From Azolla caroliniana (taxonomy: Eukaryota > Plantae > Polypodiophyta), in the NCBI GenBank assembly GCA_043228905.1, contig JBHGNT010000020.1, forward strand, positions 6,448,001-6,512,000: a stretch of 64,000 nt of DNA, read 5' to 3'. Numbering within the stretch: the first letter of the stretch is position 1; each line of letters opens with the position of its first letter. Below the pieces are notes generated by a model. It saw nothing but the letters and a program-made list of their open reading frames with translations, searched no databases and was not told the origin of the DNA. Position numbers and translations under genes: made by a program. Shown piece after piece: positions 39,267 to 51,161 of this stretch.

Positions 39267-42200
39267 CAACGACCTACAGTCTGTCATACACAGGGAACAA
39301 ACAGGAATCGAGTGCTTCAAGATCTTCCGCACAGACGACATTGCTTCCAACATCTGGTATCAGAGCCTGCACAGTAGTCGGTCCTTCAATCCGCTGTCGG
39401 CCGTCGTCTCTGCATTCGGTTTCCTGCGTCATTCGAAGAAGAGAGAAGAAGAAAAAAAAAAAAACCAGGTTTGCATCTCATCGCGTTAGATCATCTTGCT
39501 TGGAGTAAGCCATCAGGTCGTACTCCGTTCCTTGTGATCGTAACCGCTCGAGGTGAAATCCCCTTGTGCAACTTTGCTCCAACATCCCAAATTCGCGCTT
39601 CATCTGGCTGATCGACATTCGGGAGGATCAGTCGGATCCGTCTCTCTCGTCGCTGCAGTCACCCGAAGCCGAATCGGTCCAGATAATCGGTTTCAATAAT
39701 CGGTATTCGGCATATATATCCGAAGCGAACCGGGCTCACTCTGACTCGGCAACATTCGGGAAGACCAGTCGGTTCTGTCCCTCAAGTTACCGGAGTCAAC
39801 TCGAGCAAGTTCAACAATATATATATCCGAAGCCGAACCGACTCGGGTTCAAATCCGACTAGAACGATATCGGGTGAGCCAACCGGCTGCACTCCAACAA
39901 GGTTCGTAGTCAACTTCGAACCGAGCTTCGTCAACTGAAACCGAATTTGATGGCATCAACATCCGGCTCGTCAGAAATGAGTCTACGAAAGTTCGATGGA
40001 TCGAACTTCAACTTCTGGAAGGAACAAATGCAGGACTATCTCATAGTCAAGGGGCAGATCGATCCCATCGAAAATGAAGAACCTCTAGAAGGATACAAAC
40101 CAATTGAGTGGCAGAAGCTGGACAGAATCGTCCGCGCCACGATTCGGATGCACCTATCGGAATCGGTATACTTTACGGTGCAATCGTGTACGACAGCATT
40201 CGAACTGTGGAAAACACTGTCGGACACTTACGAAAAGAAGGTCGCCGCAACGAAGATGTTTCTGATCCGGCGCCTCTACAACCTGCGGATGAAAGAATCC
40301 GATTCGGTTCAAGCACACCTCAATGAGTACGAAAGCATCAGCTCCCAAATCTCATCTCAGGGGACGGCAATCGAGGATGAACTCAGAGCAATGATACTCA
40401 TGAGCAGCCTTCCCTCATCATGGGAAACTTTCGTCACAACCGTGTGCAACGCGTCAACCACGGCTGTTAAATACTCCGAAGTCACGAGCGCAATCCTGAC
40501 CGAAGCAGCTCGGAGAAAGTCCTTCGCCAAAGACTCAACAGAAGACGCTTATGTAGTACAAGGTTCGACAGACCGATCGAACATACGAGGAAGAGATTCC
40601 TCACGACCGCCGAACAATCAGCGAAGACGGAGCCAGTCACGGGATAACCGAACCTGCAACTACTGCAAGAAACCCGGACACATCAAAGCCGACTGCCGCG
40701 CACTCAAGAACAAGAACAACAAGAAGAGTGGCCGGCATGAGGAGGTCAACTACGTCAGCTTCTCAGCTGATGTGCTACCAGACGACCCGAATATACTATC
40801 AATCGAAAATCCAGTCGGATCAGAAGTTCTACTCACGACTGAAGAGTCGAGCACATGGCTCTTAGATTCGGGCGCGTCGTTTCACGTGACTCCTCATCGA
40901 TCACAATTTCGGCAATATACGATCCGTCACTCCGACTCAGTTCGAGTCGGTAACTCGCAACACTGCGACATCATCGGAATCGGCACAGTAGAGCTCAACC
41001 TTGCAGGTGGCTCAACACTTGTACTCCACAATGTCCGACATGTACCCGAGCTCTCAAGGCCATTGATCTCAGTCGGACAACTAGATGAAGACGGCATTCG
41101 TGCCGGTTTTTCTTCGGGAGGGTGGACACTCCACAGGGGGAACCTTCTGCTTGCTAGAGGACCCAAGATACACTCACTGTATCCGTTACATGTTACGCTC
41201 AGAGAGGGTAACCTGTTTTTGGTGGACATTCCTGTGTCATCATTATGGCACCGAAGACTGGGACACCTCAGCAAGGCCGGCATCACGCACCTATCTAGAG
41301 CCGGATACATCCCCAAACTCTCCTTCTCCGACCATCAATTTTGCGAGCATTGCCAGTATGGCAAACAAGCAGCCACATCACACCCGACATCAGCACCAAG
41401 AGAAACGAGACCTCTCTATTTGGTCCACTCGGACGTCTGTGGCCCAATGCCGCATCAGTCTCTAGGCGGTGCATCTTACTTCGTCACTTTTATTGACGAC
41501 TCGACTCGAAAGGTGTGGGCCTATCCGATTCGCACCAAAGATCGGGTCTTCTCGATCTTCACCGATTGGCTCGCTATGGTGGAAAATCAAACCGACCGAA
41601 AGCTGAAATGCCTTCGGACAGATAATGGGGGAGAGTTCAAATCCGAAGAATTCGTCAAATTCTGCCGACAACGCGGCATCCGACGTGAACTTACGGCACC
41701 ACACAGTCCGGAGCAAAACGGGATTGCAGAACGAATGAATCGGACAATCCAAGAACGGATAGTTTCCATGCTCCAACACTCCCGACTGTCGGATGGCTTC
41801 TGGGCAGAGGCTCTACTCACGGCAGTACACATAATCAATATGTCGCCAAGTAGACCTCTAGGACTTCAAATGCCTCAGGAACTATGGATCGGCAGTAAGC
41901 CGAATTACGACAAGCTGAGGATCTTCGGATGCGAGGCGTACGCCCTTATTCCGAAAGATGATCGCCGAAAACTTGCACCTCGGTCCAGGAAATGCATTTT
42001 CCTTGGATATGGATCAGACGGCGAAATGGGATACCAACTCTGGGACCCCGAACGCAGACAAATCGTCCGAAGTTCGGACGTTGTGTTCAACGAGTCGGCT
42101 ATGAACCCATCAGTCGAAAAACCAATCGAAGTCCGAAGGGTAACATTCTCCGATGTGCCGACCCTTCAAGAAGGCCCCGCTCTCAACACACGGTCAGCTT

Positions 42201-44325
42201 CACGGGTAGCTGAACCTTACACTACCGACTCGGACAACTCTGACTCGGCACAGCCGAATGATTCGGTTTCGGACCATCCGACCTCGATACCCGATGCGAC
42301 CAGTCCAATCATACCTCGACGATCCGAGAGACTGTCGCAACCTCCGGAGAGATATTCTCCTGGAATTTTCTTCACCGACGCCGGCGAACCGACGTCTTAC
42401 GAAGAAGCATCGACATCTGTCGATTCAGCCACCTGGCATCTGGCGATGGAGTCGGAAATGCACTCCATTCGGGCAAACAAGACTTGGGATCTGGTCGAAT
42501 TACCTAGGAACCGACGTGCTCTTCCTTGCAAGTGGGTCTATCGACTAAAAGAGACGTCTGATTCGACCACCCCAAAGTACAAGGCCAGATTAGTTGCGAA
42601 GGGCTTCCGACAAGAATATGGCGTCGACTTCGACGAGATTTTTTCACCAGTGGTGAAAATGACAACCCTTCGTTTTCTACTCGGCGTAGTGGCAGCCGAC
42701 AACTTGGAGCTGATTCAGCTAGATGTCAAAACAGCCTTCCTCCATGGTGATCTCGAGGAAGAAATTTATATGGAGCAGCCGAAAGGCTTCGTGGCAACTG
42801 GCCAAGAACATCTAGTCTGCCGACTCAGGAAGAGTCTATACGGCCTCAAACAGGCACCGCGACAATGGTACAAGAAGTTCGACGACTTCATCCAATCGAT
42901 CGGCTTCTCCAAAAGCGATGAGGACCATTGTCTCTTCACCAACACAGCTCAAGATGGATCACCCATCTTCCTCATCATTTACGTGGACGACATGCTAATT
43001 TCTGGACGCCACGCGGGCGACCTTGCCGATCTCGTTCGGCAACTGCGGTTGAAGTTTGCCATGAAGGACCTCGGTCCGGCACGACACATCCTTGGCATGA
43101 AGATTAGTCGGCATCGCGATAAACGACATCTTTTTTTGTCTCAGACCGACTATATCGGACGTGTCTTAGAACGCTTCAACATGCAATCAGCCAAATCTGC
43201 TTCAACCCCGCTCCCTATGAATCTTCGGCTCTCTCAGCGAGACTGCCCGACATCCGGTTCGGAGGGGGAAGATATGAAGTCGGTACCGTATGCACCGGCA
43301 GTCGGCTCCCTTATGTACCTGATGGTCGCGACACGGCCTGACATCTCTCATGCCGTAGGAGTCGTTAGCAGATTTATGCACAATCCTGGCCGATCGCATT
43401 GGAACGCAGTCAAGCATGTGTTCAGATATCTGGCTGGCACAAAAGATCACGGCATTCTTTTCTGTCCGAACCGAACCTCAGGCGTAGTCGGTTACACCGA
43501 CTCGGATTTCGCCGGCTGTATAGACAGTCGGAAATCAACAACCGGATACTGCTTCAAATTCGGCAATGGAGCAATCTCGTGGAAGTCGAAACTTCAGGAG
43601 TGCACAGCGACCTCAACGACCGAAGCAGAATATGTAGCTGCGTCCGACGCGGCAAAAGAAGCTTTGTGGCTCGGTCGGCTGGCGCACACGTTTCGACAAG
43701 TCGACCATGACTCGGCTCCAGTTGTCTACAGCGACAGTCAAGGTGCTGTTGCCTTGTCGAAAAATCCGGTTCACCACAACGCCTCCAAACATATCGACGT
43801 TCGATATCACTTCGTTCGGGACTGCGTCATTTCAGGGAAAATCGGTCTAGAGAAAATATCCACAACCGACAATGTCGCAGATGGAATGACCAAGTGTCTT
43901 TCGGCAGACCGTTTTCGGTCTCTTCGGCATCAGATGGGCGTAACGACAAACCAGTCCGGTTAGAGCCGGACACAGAGCAGGATGGTTCCCGACAACCGAC
44001 ATCAGTTCCTTAATGATCGGCTTCAACTGTTCCGACCCGACCAGTTCGGTCTTCTGCCTTCGGACCCTGCCGACTCGAACAAAGCTGATATGTCCGAGAA
44101 CCTAAGTCTATACCTGTAACCTTAGATAACCCATGTATACGCCCATTACGGGGGAGTGTCGAATACCTGTGTATAATGGACGTATTCACACCATCCCGTT
44201 TTGGCCATTTATGTAATTAGCATAAAGGGTAGTTGCCCTAAGTCGGTCACTATATATAGTGACCTTGTAACCTCTTTGTGAGGTTGGTTGTTGTATTGTT
44301 GCTTTATGAAATAAGAAACTCTTTT

Positions 44326-44370
<45 letters not shown>

Positions 44371-44456
44371 CAACGACCTACAGTCTGTCATACACAGGGA
44401 ACAAACAGGAATCGAGTGCTTCAAGATCTTCCGCACAGACGACATTGCTTCCAACA
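39049..44456 (+). mobile_element. Intact, very young Ty1/Copia (Tork/Tnt1-like)
   Basis: LTRs 39049-39352 and 44157-44456 are identical by eye except (TC)20 versus (TC)18. TSD AGAAT, PBS TGGTATCAGAGC, PPT ACGGGGGAG. Confidence 0.98.
39950..43963 (+). CDS. Copia Gag-Pol polyprotein, 1337 aa from the first ATG
   Basis: Uninterrupted ORF with CNYCKKPGHIKADC, WLLDSGASFH, HHCC plus DDE integrase, YVDDM RT and TDSDFAG RNase H. Confidence 0.97.
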   Translation: MASTSGSSEMSLRKFDGSNFNFWKEQMQDYLIVKGQIDPIENEEPLEGYKPIEWQKLDRIVRATIRMHLSESVYFTVQSCTTAFELWKTLSDTYEKKVAATKMFLIRRLYNLRMKESDSVQAHLNEYESISSQISSQGTAIEDELRAMILMSSLPSSWETFVTTVCNASTTAVKYSEVTSAILTEAARRKSFAKDSTEDAYVVQGSTDRSNIRGRDSSRPPNNQRRRSQSRDNRTCNYCKKPGHIKADCRALKNKNNKKSGRHEEVNYVSFSADVLPDDPNILSIENPVGSEVLLTTEESSTWLLDSGASFHVTPHRSQFRQYTIRHSDSVRVGNSQHCDIIGIGTVELNLAGGSTLVLHNVRHVPELSRPLISVGQLDEDGIRAGFSSGGWTLHRGNLLLARGPKIHSLYPLHVTLREGNLFLVDIPVSSLWHRRLGHLSKAGITHLSRAGYIPKLSFSDHQFCEHCQYGKQAATSHPTSAPRETRPLYLVHSDVCGPMPHQSLGGASYFVTFIDDSTRKVWAYPIRTKDRVFSIFTDWLAMVENQTDRKLKCLRTDNGGEFKSEEFVKFCRQRGIRRELTAPHSPEQNGIAERMNRTIQERIVSMLQHSRLSDGFWAEALLTAVHIINMSPSRPLGLQMPQELWIGSKPNYDKLRIFGCEAYALIPKDDRRKLAPRSRKCIFLGYGSDGEMGYQLWDPERRQIVRSSDVVFNESAMNPSVEKPIEVRRVTFSDVPTLQEGPALNTRSASRVAEPYTTDSDNSDSAQPNDSVSDHPTSIPDATSPIIPRRSERLSQPPERYSPGIFFTDAGEPTSYEEASTSVDSATWHLAMESEMHSIRANKTWDLVELPRNRRALPCKWVYRLKETSDSTTPKYKARLVAKGFRQEYGVDFDEIFSPVVKMTTLRFLLGVVAADNLELIQLDVKTAFLHGDLEEEIYMEQPKGFVATGQEHLVCRLRKSLYGLKQAPRQWYKKFDDFIQSIGFSKSDEDHCLFTNTAQDGSPIFLIIYVDDMLISGRHAGDLADLVRQLRLKFAMKDLGPARHILGMKISRHRDKRHLFLSQTDYIGRVLERFNMQSAKSASTPLPMNLRLSQRDCPTSGSEGEDMKSVPYAPAVGSLMYLMVATRPDISHAVGVVSRFMHNPGRSHWNAVKHVFRYLAGTKDHGILFCPNRTSGVVGYTDSDFAGCIDSRKSTTGYCFKFGNGAISWKSKLQECTATSTTEAEYVAASDAAKEALWLGRLAHTFRQVDHDSAPVVYSDSQGAVALSKNPVHHNASKHIDVRYHFVRDCVISGKIGLEKISTTDNVADGMTKCLSADRFRSLRHQMGVTTNQSG

Positions 44457-45216
44457 AGAATGATGCTGGTGGGTCCAGCTCGCAAGATAACCCCAGGAAG
44501 GGCAGATACCGACTGGGGACGGAAATAGAAAGGACCACGGACCTACGAAAGGTCCTAGAAGAACGGATCCTCGACAGCAAAGTGGAGCTGTCATTACGGG
44601 AGGTGCTAGGGATCGCCAAGGAGTTCCACGACTCCATTGTGGACCTGGTGAAACGGAGGAGGCTGTCGACGGAGACGGAACCGGAAAGACCGGTGGAGGT
44701 GTGGACGACGCACATCGACGACATGGCGCTGGAAGATGAGTGGGCGGAGAGCCACTATTCAAGGCCGCACTAGGCCCGAGCGACCACGGAGACCCCGGTA
44801 AAGATCGGAGATGTTCAGGAACCGGTGGTAGCACTGGTGGACCACGGTTCGGAAATAAACCTAATGTCCATGAACTTCTATAATAAGGGAAAGTGGCCGA
44901 TCAACACGAAGCATGGGTGGAAGATACGGGCGGCGACGCGCGCCACCGAGGAACTGCATGGGGCCTGCCCGAACGTGCGAGTCAAGATCGGCGACGTCGA
45001 GATTGACCAGCACTTCTTCGTGCAGGAGACGTCCTCGCATCCGGTCATATTAGGGGAACCATACATCACAGCGGCACGAATGGAGACCAAAGTGTTGGAC
45101 AACGGTTCGGCCTACGCGAGGGTCAAGAGCTAGGACGGGCGCCATTCGGTCCAATTTCTGACGGTGCGACCGAACCACGAGCGAAACCGCGAATCCCTCG
45201 GTGGCGAGAACCGGGA

Positions 45217-48200
45217 GGATTTTTAGAGAGGGCTGCCAAGGCGTGGGGCCGAGACAGTCCGGACACTCGGGAAAGACCCCACAGCTGTACGATAGGTAGG
45301 AAGTTTTGCTTCTCCGACAACGGAGGGTGTATGATAGTCGGCATCGTTGGCCGAGAAAAGACAAGGGCGGAAGTGCGACTTCGAGCGTGCGGAGTTCTCG
45401 GCCCGGACGAGGAAATCAGCGGAGCCGTGGAGGCGGTCTCCTTCGACGACACCTTGGGAATGCTGAGGGAGGTAGCTGGAAAAGACCTTAACGAAGACCG
45501 GACGATACCGGTATGTTCCGAAGAGATGTACGAAGTCATCGCGAACTTCAGTCGGGGGCTCGGGTCGGATCAGACGGCCCGAGTTAGCACGAAGTACAAG
45601 ACTGTGGACCGGAAGGTAAGGCCAGTCGCGGCACCCTACCCGGAGGGCAGCGAGTCCCGGATCAGAGGGGTTGCGTTGGACCCCAGTTTGCGAGATCCGG
45701 TCTGCATAGGACACACCTTCACCGACGGAACGCTCTGGGAGCTCAAAATCGGTGGGGGCGGGTTCCTACTGCCGGCGGAGGAAGACCGGTTTCGGAGAAT
45801 GCTCGGAAGGCACGGGAAAGCCTTCGCATTCTCACCGGAAGAGATCGGGTGCGTAGACCCGACAATCGTGGAGCCGATGGTGATATTCACGGTACCGCAT
45901 GTGTCGTGGAATCTCAAGCCGATTCCAGTACCGAGAGCTCACATCCCGAAGTTGATGGAGCTATTGAGGCAGAAAGTCGATATGGGCATTCTCGAACCGT
46001 CGAGTGCCCCATACTCGAACCGATGGTTTACCGTACCAAAGAAAAACGGAACATTGCGCTTCATTCAAGACCTGCAACCGGTCAACAGAGTGACCATTCG
46101 GAACGCAGGAATCGGACCGACCATAGACGAGTTCGCGGAGGCCTTCGCCGGAAGGTCGATTTACTCAGTCGGTGATCTATACTCGGGGTACGACCAGTTC
46201 CAGCTAGCCGTGGAGAGCAGAGACATTACGACGATGCGAACTCCCCTCGGCCTAGTGCGAATGTGTACCCTGCCACAAGGAGGGACCAACTCGGTGGCCC
46301 ACATGGTGAATGCAATGAACAAGGTACTCAGGGACTGCATCCCAGACATCACCATGCCATTTCTGGACGAAATCCCAATAAAGGGGTGCCCGGTGGAAGA
46401 GAAGGACGAGACAGTCGGGCCGGACGGATGCCGGCGATTCGTGGCAACACACATCGACGACTGCGAGAAGGTGCTACAAAGGCTAGAGGATGCGAGGCTC
46501 ACCTTCTCCGGGGAGAAATCGGCCTTCGGGCAATCAGAAATCCTGGTGGTCGGACACCTATGTGGACCATATGGCCGGAAGCCGTCTCCGGCAAAGGTAG
46601 AAGCCATCTCCGCGATGAAGACCGACTGTAGCTCGGTTACGGAAGTTCGGAGGTTCCTGGTGGCATGCGCATTCTACCACATATGGATCCCACATTACGC
46701 CCACGTTGCGGAGCCGCTATACGGGTTGCTGAAGAAAGGGCAAAAATTCGAATGGCGAGACGTGCACTCGGAGTCGGTCCGGAAGCTGAAGGAAGCTCTT
46801 GCGGCAGCACCGGCGCTCCGGAAGGCTATCTACGAGAAGGGTACCCCGGTACACATAACGGTGGATACGAGTCCGACCGGGATCGGATGGGTCTTCAACC
46901 AAGAAGACGAGGACGGCATTCGGTTCCCGATCCGATTCGGCGCAAAGGTCCTCAGTGAGTGACAGCGAGGGTACGCCCAGGTTAAACGCGAACTCTGGGG
47001 TATCGTTTCGGCGGTAAAGGCCGACAAAGACTACCTGATCGGGATAGAAGTGATTATCGAGACGGATTGCCTGCCAATTCTCGGCATGGTTTCCGGATGC
47101 GCGACACCGGACCTGGCGATGCTCAGGTGGATAGCGTACATCAAGTCCCTGGACCCGGAAATACGACACATTTCCGGGAAAGACAACGCCATGGCCGACA
47201 TGCTTTCGAGGGCGAGGTTTGATAACGAGGGCGGCATGGTTTCGGAGGACGAAGAAGTCGGCGTGGACTTCTTCGAGGCAGCATATGTGATGACCGATGG
47301 GACGAGCGCTCCGGCACTTAACGGCTTCAACGAGAGCAAGTACGACGGCGAGTGGCTCCGGATCGGTGGTCTCTTGAGGACAATGACGCCGGATGCGTCG
47401 TGGACGAGGGAGGAGGCCAACAGGATCCGGAAGAAAGCATACCGATTCTTCCTCTGGGACGGATACTTATGGAAGCACCCGAAGAAGAGGAATGGCGTCC
47501 CGCTCCGGGTGGTGGCGATGAAGGAAGAACAGGAGGAGCTGCTGACGGCCTACCACGACAGCCCTTGGGCTGGACACCGTGGAACGTGGGCCACGTTCGA
47601 GAAGATAAAGGGGAAGTACTGGTGGCCGGGACTGTACCGGGACGTGCATCGGTTCGTGACAACTTGCGAGAGCTGTTAGATGCACTCCGTAGTCCGACAT
47701 CGGGACGAGCTTCACCCTACGTACCCTCCGACCATCCACTTCAAATGGATGGTAGACCTGGTGACGATGCCGATGGGCGTAGGATAGATGCGGTATCTGG
47801 TCCTGGCTCGGGAAGATCTAACGAATCAGGTGGAAGGCCGAGCCCTTCAGAACAAAACGACCGCGGCCATATGTCGGTTCCTGATCGAGGACGTGATATG
47901 CCGGTACGGATGCGTCGGGAAGATCATGGCTGATCGCGGGGAGTTGGACGCCGAAGAGGCCGAGGAGCTGTTCGACCGACTAGGAGTCAAGCTCTCGCTC
48001 ACCACTGCATACAATCCGGAGGCGAATGGAAAGGTGGAGCGCGGACACGGGCAGATCGTCAAGGCGTTAGTTCGGGCATGCGGGGGTCAAGTCGGGAACT
48101 GGCCGCGGCTGCTACCTTACGCGTTGTGGGCTGACCAAACTACGCACAGTTCGGTAACCGGATTCATGCCGGCAGAGCTCATGTTTGGATAGAAGACGAT

Positions 48201-48690
48201 CATGCCAATGGAACATACAATCTTCTCATGGGCAACTGTGGACTGGAGAGACGAGATGAGCCGGGAGGAACTATTGGCGGCGCGCATACGTCAACTCGAG
48301 CGAAGGCCGGAAGACGTGGAGTAGGCTGCGGGAAAGCTTCGGGAAGCAAGGATGAGGAACAAAGCCCGGTTCGACCGAACGCACCGGCTCCGACCGAAGA
48401 AGATCGAGGAAGGCGACTGGGTGCTAGTCTACGACAGCAGCCTCGACAACCAGCACCGAGCAACACGGAAGTTCGCAAGAAGGTGGTTCGGGCCTTACGT
48501 GGTACAAAGCGCCAACGACAACAGGACGTACCATCTGGCGGAACTCGACGGCACGAGAATGGCGATACCGGTAGCTGGGAAGCGGATCAAAGCGTTCAAG
48601 AAGCGTCACGACGACGAGCCGGATCCGGTTGACCTGGACTGCGACGACGAACGATCTGAAACTGAGGAAGAACCGACAGGCGGGGAATGA
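45217..48690 (+). pseudogene. Gypsy pol (RT-RH-INT) in the -1 frame relative to gag-PR
   Basis: SAPYSNRWFTVPKKNG, DLYSGYDQ, LPQG, FLDE (expected DD), VDTS...ETDC RNase H, HHCC, PEANGKVER, WFGPY. Five in-frame stops. Confidence 0.92.
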
Positions 48691-50510
48691 AGATTGGACC
48701 GGTTTTCTCCATCCCAGCTCAATTGGGCGCATGCCGGTGGATGCGCGGTTAGGTGGGGGCGGATGTCGTGAAGAAAACCGTCCACAAGCGGAATCGGTGC
48801 ACTGGAGCGTAGGAACCGGCTCTTCATGCACGATCCTAGGTAGGTAGGAAGTTAATAGGAAACGACTCCTTCCTTGCCTATAAAAGGAGGGAGACGAGGA
48901 AGAGGAGGGGATCGCGGAGAGTCGAGGATGAAGTGTTGTCGGTTTGTGGGCGGAGGCTTCTCTCTCTCTCTGGCTCGCATACTCTGTAGCTCCTTTCTGT
49001 GCAGGTTTTCGGGAGGCTCGCGCTGCTCTGAGGAATGCCCGAGTGCTTCCGGCAGCACCTCCAACCTACTCCTTTCTTTCTGAGCGTTTGCAAACAGGTA
49101 TCGGCATCTGTTCGCCGGCCTGTTCGGTTGTAACCGACTTCGTGTTTTGTTGTTTATCTTTGTTAATACATACATACATTCGTGTCTCTCTGTGTCGCTG
49201 TCCCACTCACGTCTTTGTGTCGAAGGGCCGTGTCCCTGTGAATCTACTCTCGCACGTAGTGGGTCTCTTCTCCTTTCTCTCTTGCTCTTCGGTACAAGAC
49301 CCCCGAGGTCCCGCCTCATTCCACGCATCCGCAAGGAATACCTCGACAGCGTGTCCTTCGATTGGACTCCTGTCCACTCCTCGCGCTCACCGTCTTCAAC
49401 TGGGTGTTGTGGATCGTTCGTGTCGATCTCCAATTAGGCCGGGTTTGCCCTTGTCTGGATTGGTCTCCACCGATCGCTTCTCGGCTCGGTTGGCCTTCGT
49501 CGGCACTCACATTTCGCCGAGTCAAGCTCAACCTATTGATTCCGTCCGGTCCGGCCCCCTTTTAGATCGGGATCGTCTGATCGATTTCCGCCGAATTAGG
49601 TTTCGGCCGAGTCGGCCCCGGTCGATCGGCTCTCATGTGGATCTTCCTTTGTTTGGGCCAGAATCCCGGCGAGATCATCTTCCGGTTCGACTGGTTGTTG
49701 ACTCTTCCTACCTTCCCGCATGCCGCCTCTCCATCGAACTCAACCGCGGCTTCATCATTGGCTTCCTCATCGGCCACATCCTTCCCTCGAGCCATATTGT
49801 GTCCTCTCTACCACCTCCTTTATCTTCGGTCTTATGTCGACACATAGTCTCGACTGCCGAAGTCTCTAGAACCAGTGTGAAGGAATCCCTTCGTTCATTT
49901 ACCTTGTCTTCCTCATCACCCTTCCGGTCATCTGCTTTTCCGTCGACACATTCCGTCTCTCCGGTCTCACGTTGGCACACGTGCACAACCGCCGAAGTCT
50001 CTAGAATAGGTGTGGGGATATCCTTTCTTCCTCGATCTTCTTCCTCTTTGTGTTGCGCCTTTGTCTTCTCGTCACCACCTTCCGTCTCTCCGGTCTCATG
50101 TTGGCACACGGGCGCAACCACCGAAGTCTCTGGAACAAGTGTCGAGAAAGTCTTGACATGGCTATCCGTTGTCGACTCGTCCATAGGCACCTCCGACTTG
50201 ATGTCGTTTCTAACGGCTACCTCCTCAATCACGTCGGGCTCAAACACTTTATCTCCCTCGATCATGCAAGCTTTTCTCATGCTTGGACCTTCATCACCCG
50301 ATGTTTCGTACACAATGCGTGTTCCGAAACATTTATCCTCCCTCGAAGTGGCGTTCACCGTCCTCGAGTCATCGGCCTCCTCCTTGGCCGTCGTTTCTTC
50401 GTAAGACAAGAAGGTGACTTGTTTCGCACCTTCTCTCTCGGTACCGTCATACCGAACCTGAGCCTTTTATCGGCCACTTCATTAACCCACATTTGTTGGG
50501 AGGTCTCTTC

Positions 50511-51161
50511 TGACGGGAACTCAACGCTCCTTATGCACAACGCTCAGCCACAACCGAGCTTAGAATGATACACAGAAAACGGGAAATAAAACACGACACA
50601 AAGAAGAGGAAGATACACAGGAGGTTTACGTGGAAAACCCCAAACTAGGGGGAAAAAACCACGGCAGCCCACAGGCTGCAAACTGTCACTATGTAAGAAT
50701 GTACAACAGTGAGTTCTCCGAGGCAACGACCTCGTGCTCACAGATCTTCGCCACAGGCGGCGGTTACAACAGAGGCGACGACCTCTTTCTCTCTCTCTCT
50801 CTATGTACACTGTTACGCACTCACTCTATTCTTGCACCAACAAGAAATGGCGACAACTACAACTCTAACTAAAAGTTTGCCCTAAGTCATATTTATACTA
50901 ATATGACTTTTCGGCTATTTACAAATGTAGCCTCGATGGACTCTCAGAAACATATTTACGAATATGTCTCTTCATCCGGTTCATACCGGGTCTGCACCAT
51001 CCAGCTCTCCGTAGCCCGGTACTCCTCATCCGGTTCATACCGGGTCTGCACCATCCGGCTCTCCGTAGCCGGGTCCACCTCATACGGTTTCGGCCTCGGC
51101 CGAGTTTGTTCATCGGCACTGTTCTTCTCCCTTCCCATCCGGAGGGACCTGTCTCCCAACA
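50511..51161 (-). mobile_element. Solo LTR, family A copy 3
   Basis: TGACGGGAAC...CTCCCAACA, perfect TSD TCTTC, about 2 of the 54-bp units. Confidence 0.92.

Larger units (their letters stand above)
37721..45226 (+). pseudogene. Gypsy gag-protease ORF split by the Copia insertion
   Basis: CMWCDEVGHIRKDC knuckle, a 1-nt frameshift near 39008, LVDHGSEIN protease, stops at 44771 and 45131, natural end EDF* at 45226. Confidence 0.85.
37093..49348 (+). mobile_element. Full-length non-chromovirus Gypsy (Phygy-like), tRNA-Trp PBS, 4-bp TSD
   Basis: 585-bp LTRs 37093-37677 and 48764-49348 with about 13 transitions by eye. TSD GCGT, PPT AGGTGGGGGCGGA. Order gag-PR-RT-RH-INT, no chromodomain seen. 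The lineage name is tentative. Confidence 0.95.

Noticed and set aside
46360-46375. FLDE as a novel RT active site
   Set aside because: A single substitution in a copy that already has several stops. Most likely decay.
48944-50404. 486-aa plus-strand ORF
   Set aside because: It crosses an LTR/TSD junction into the antisense strand of a gag region. A chance chimeric frame.
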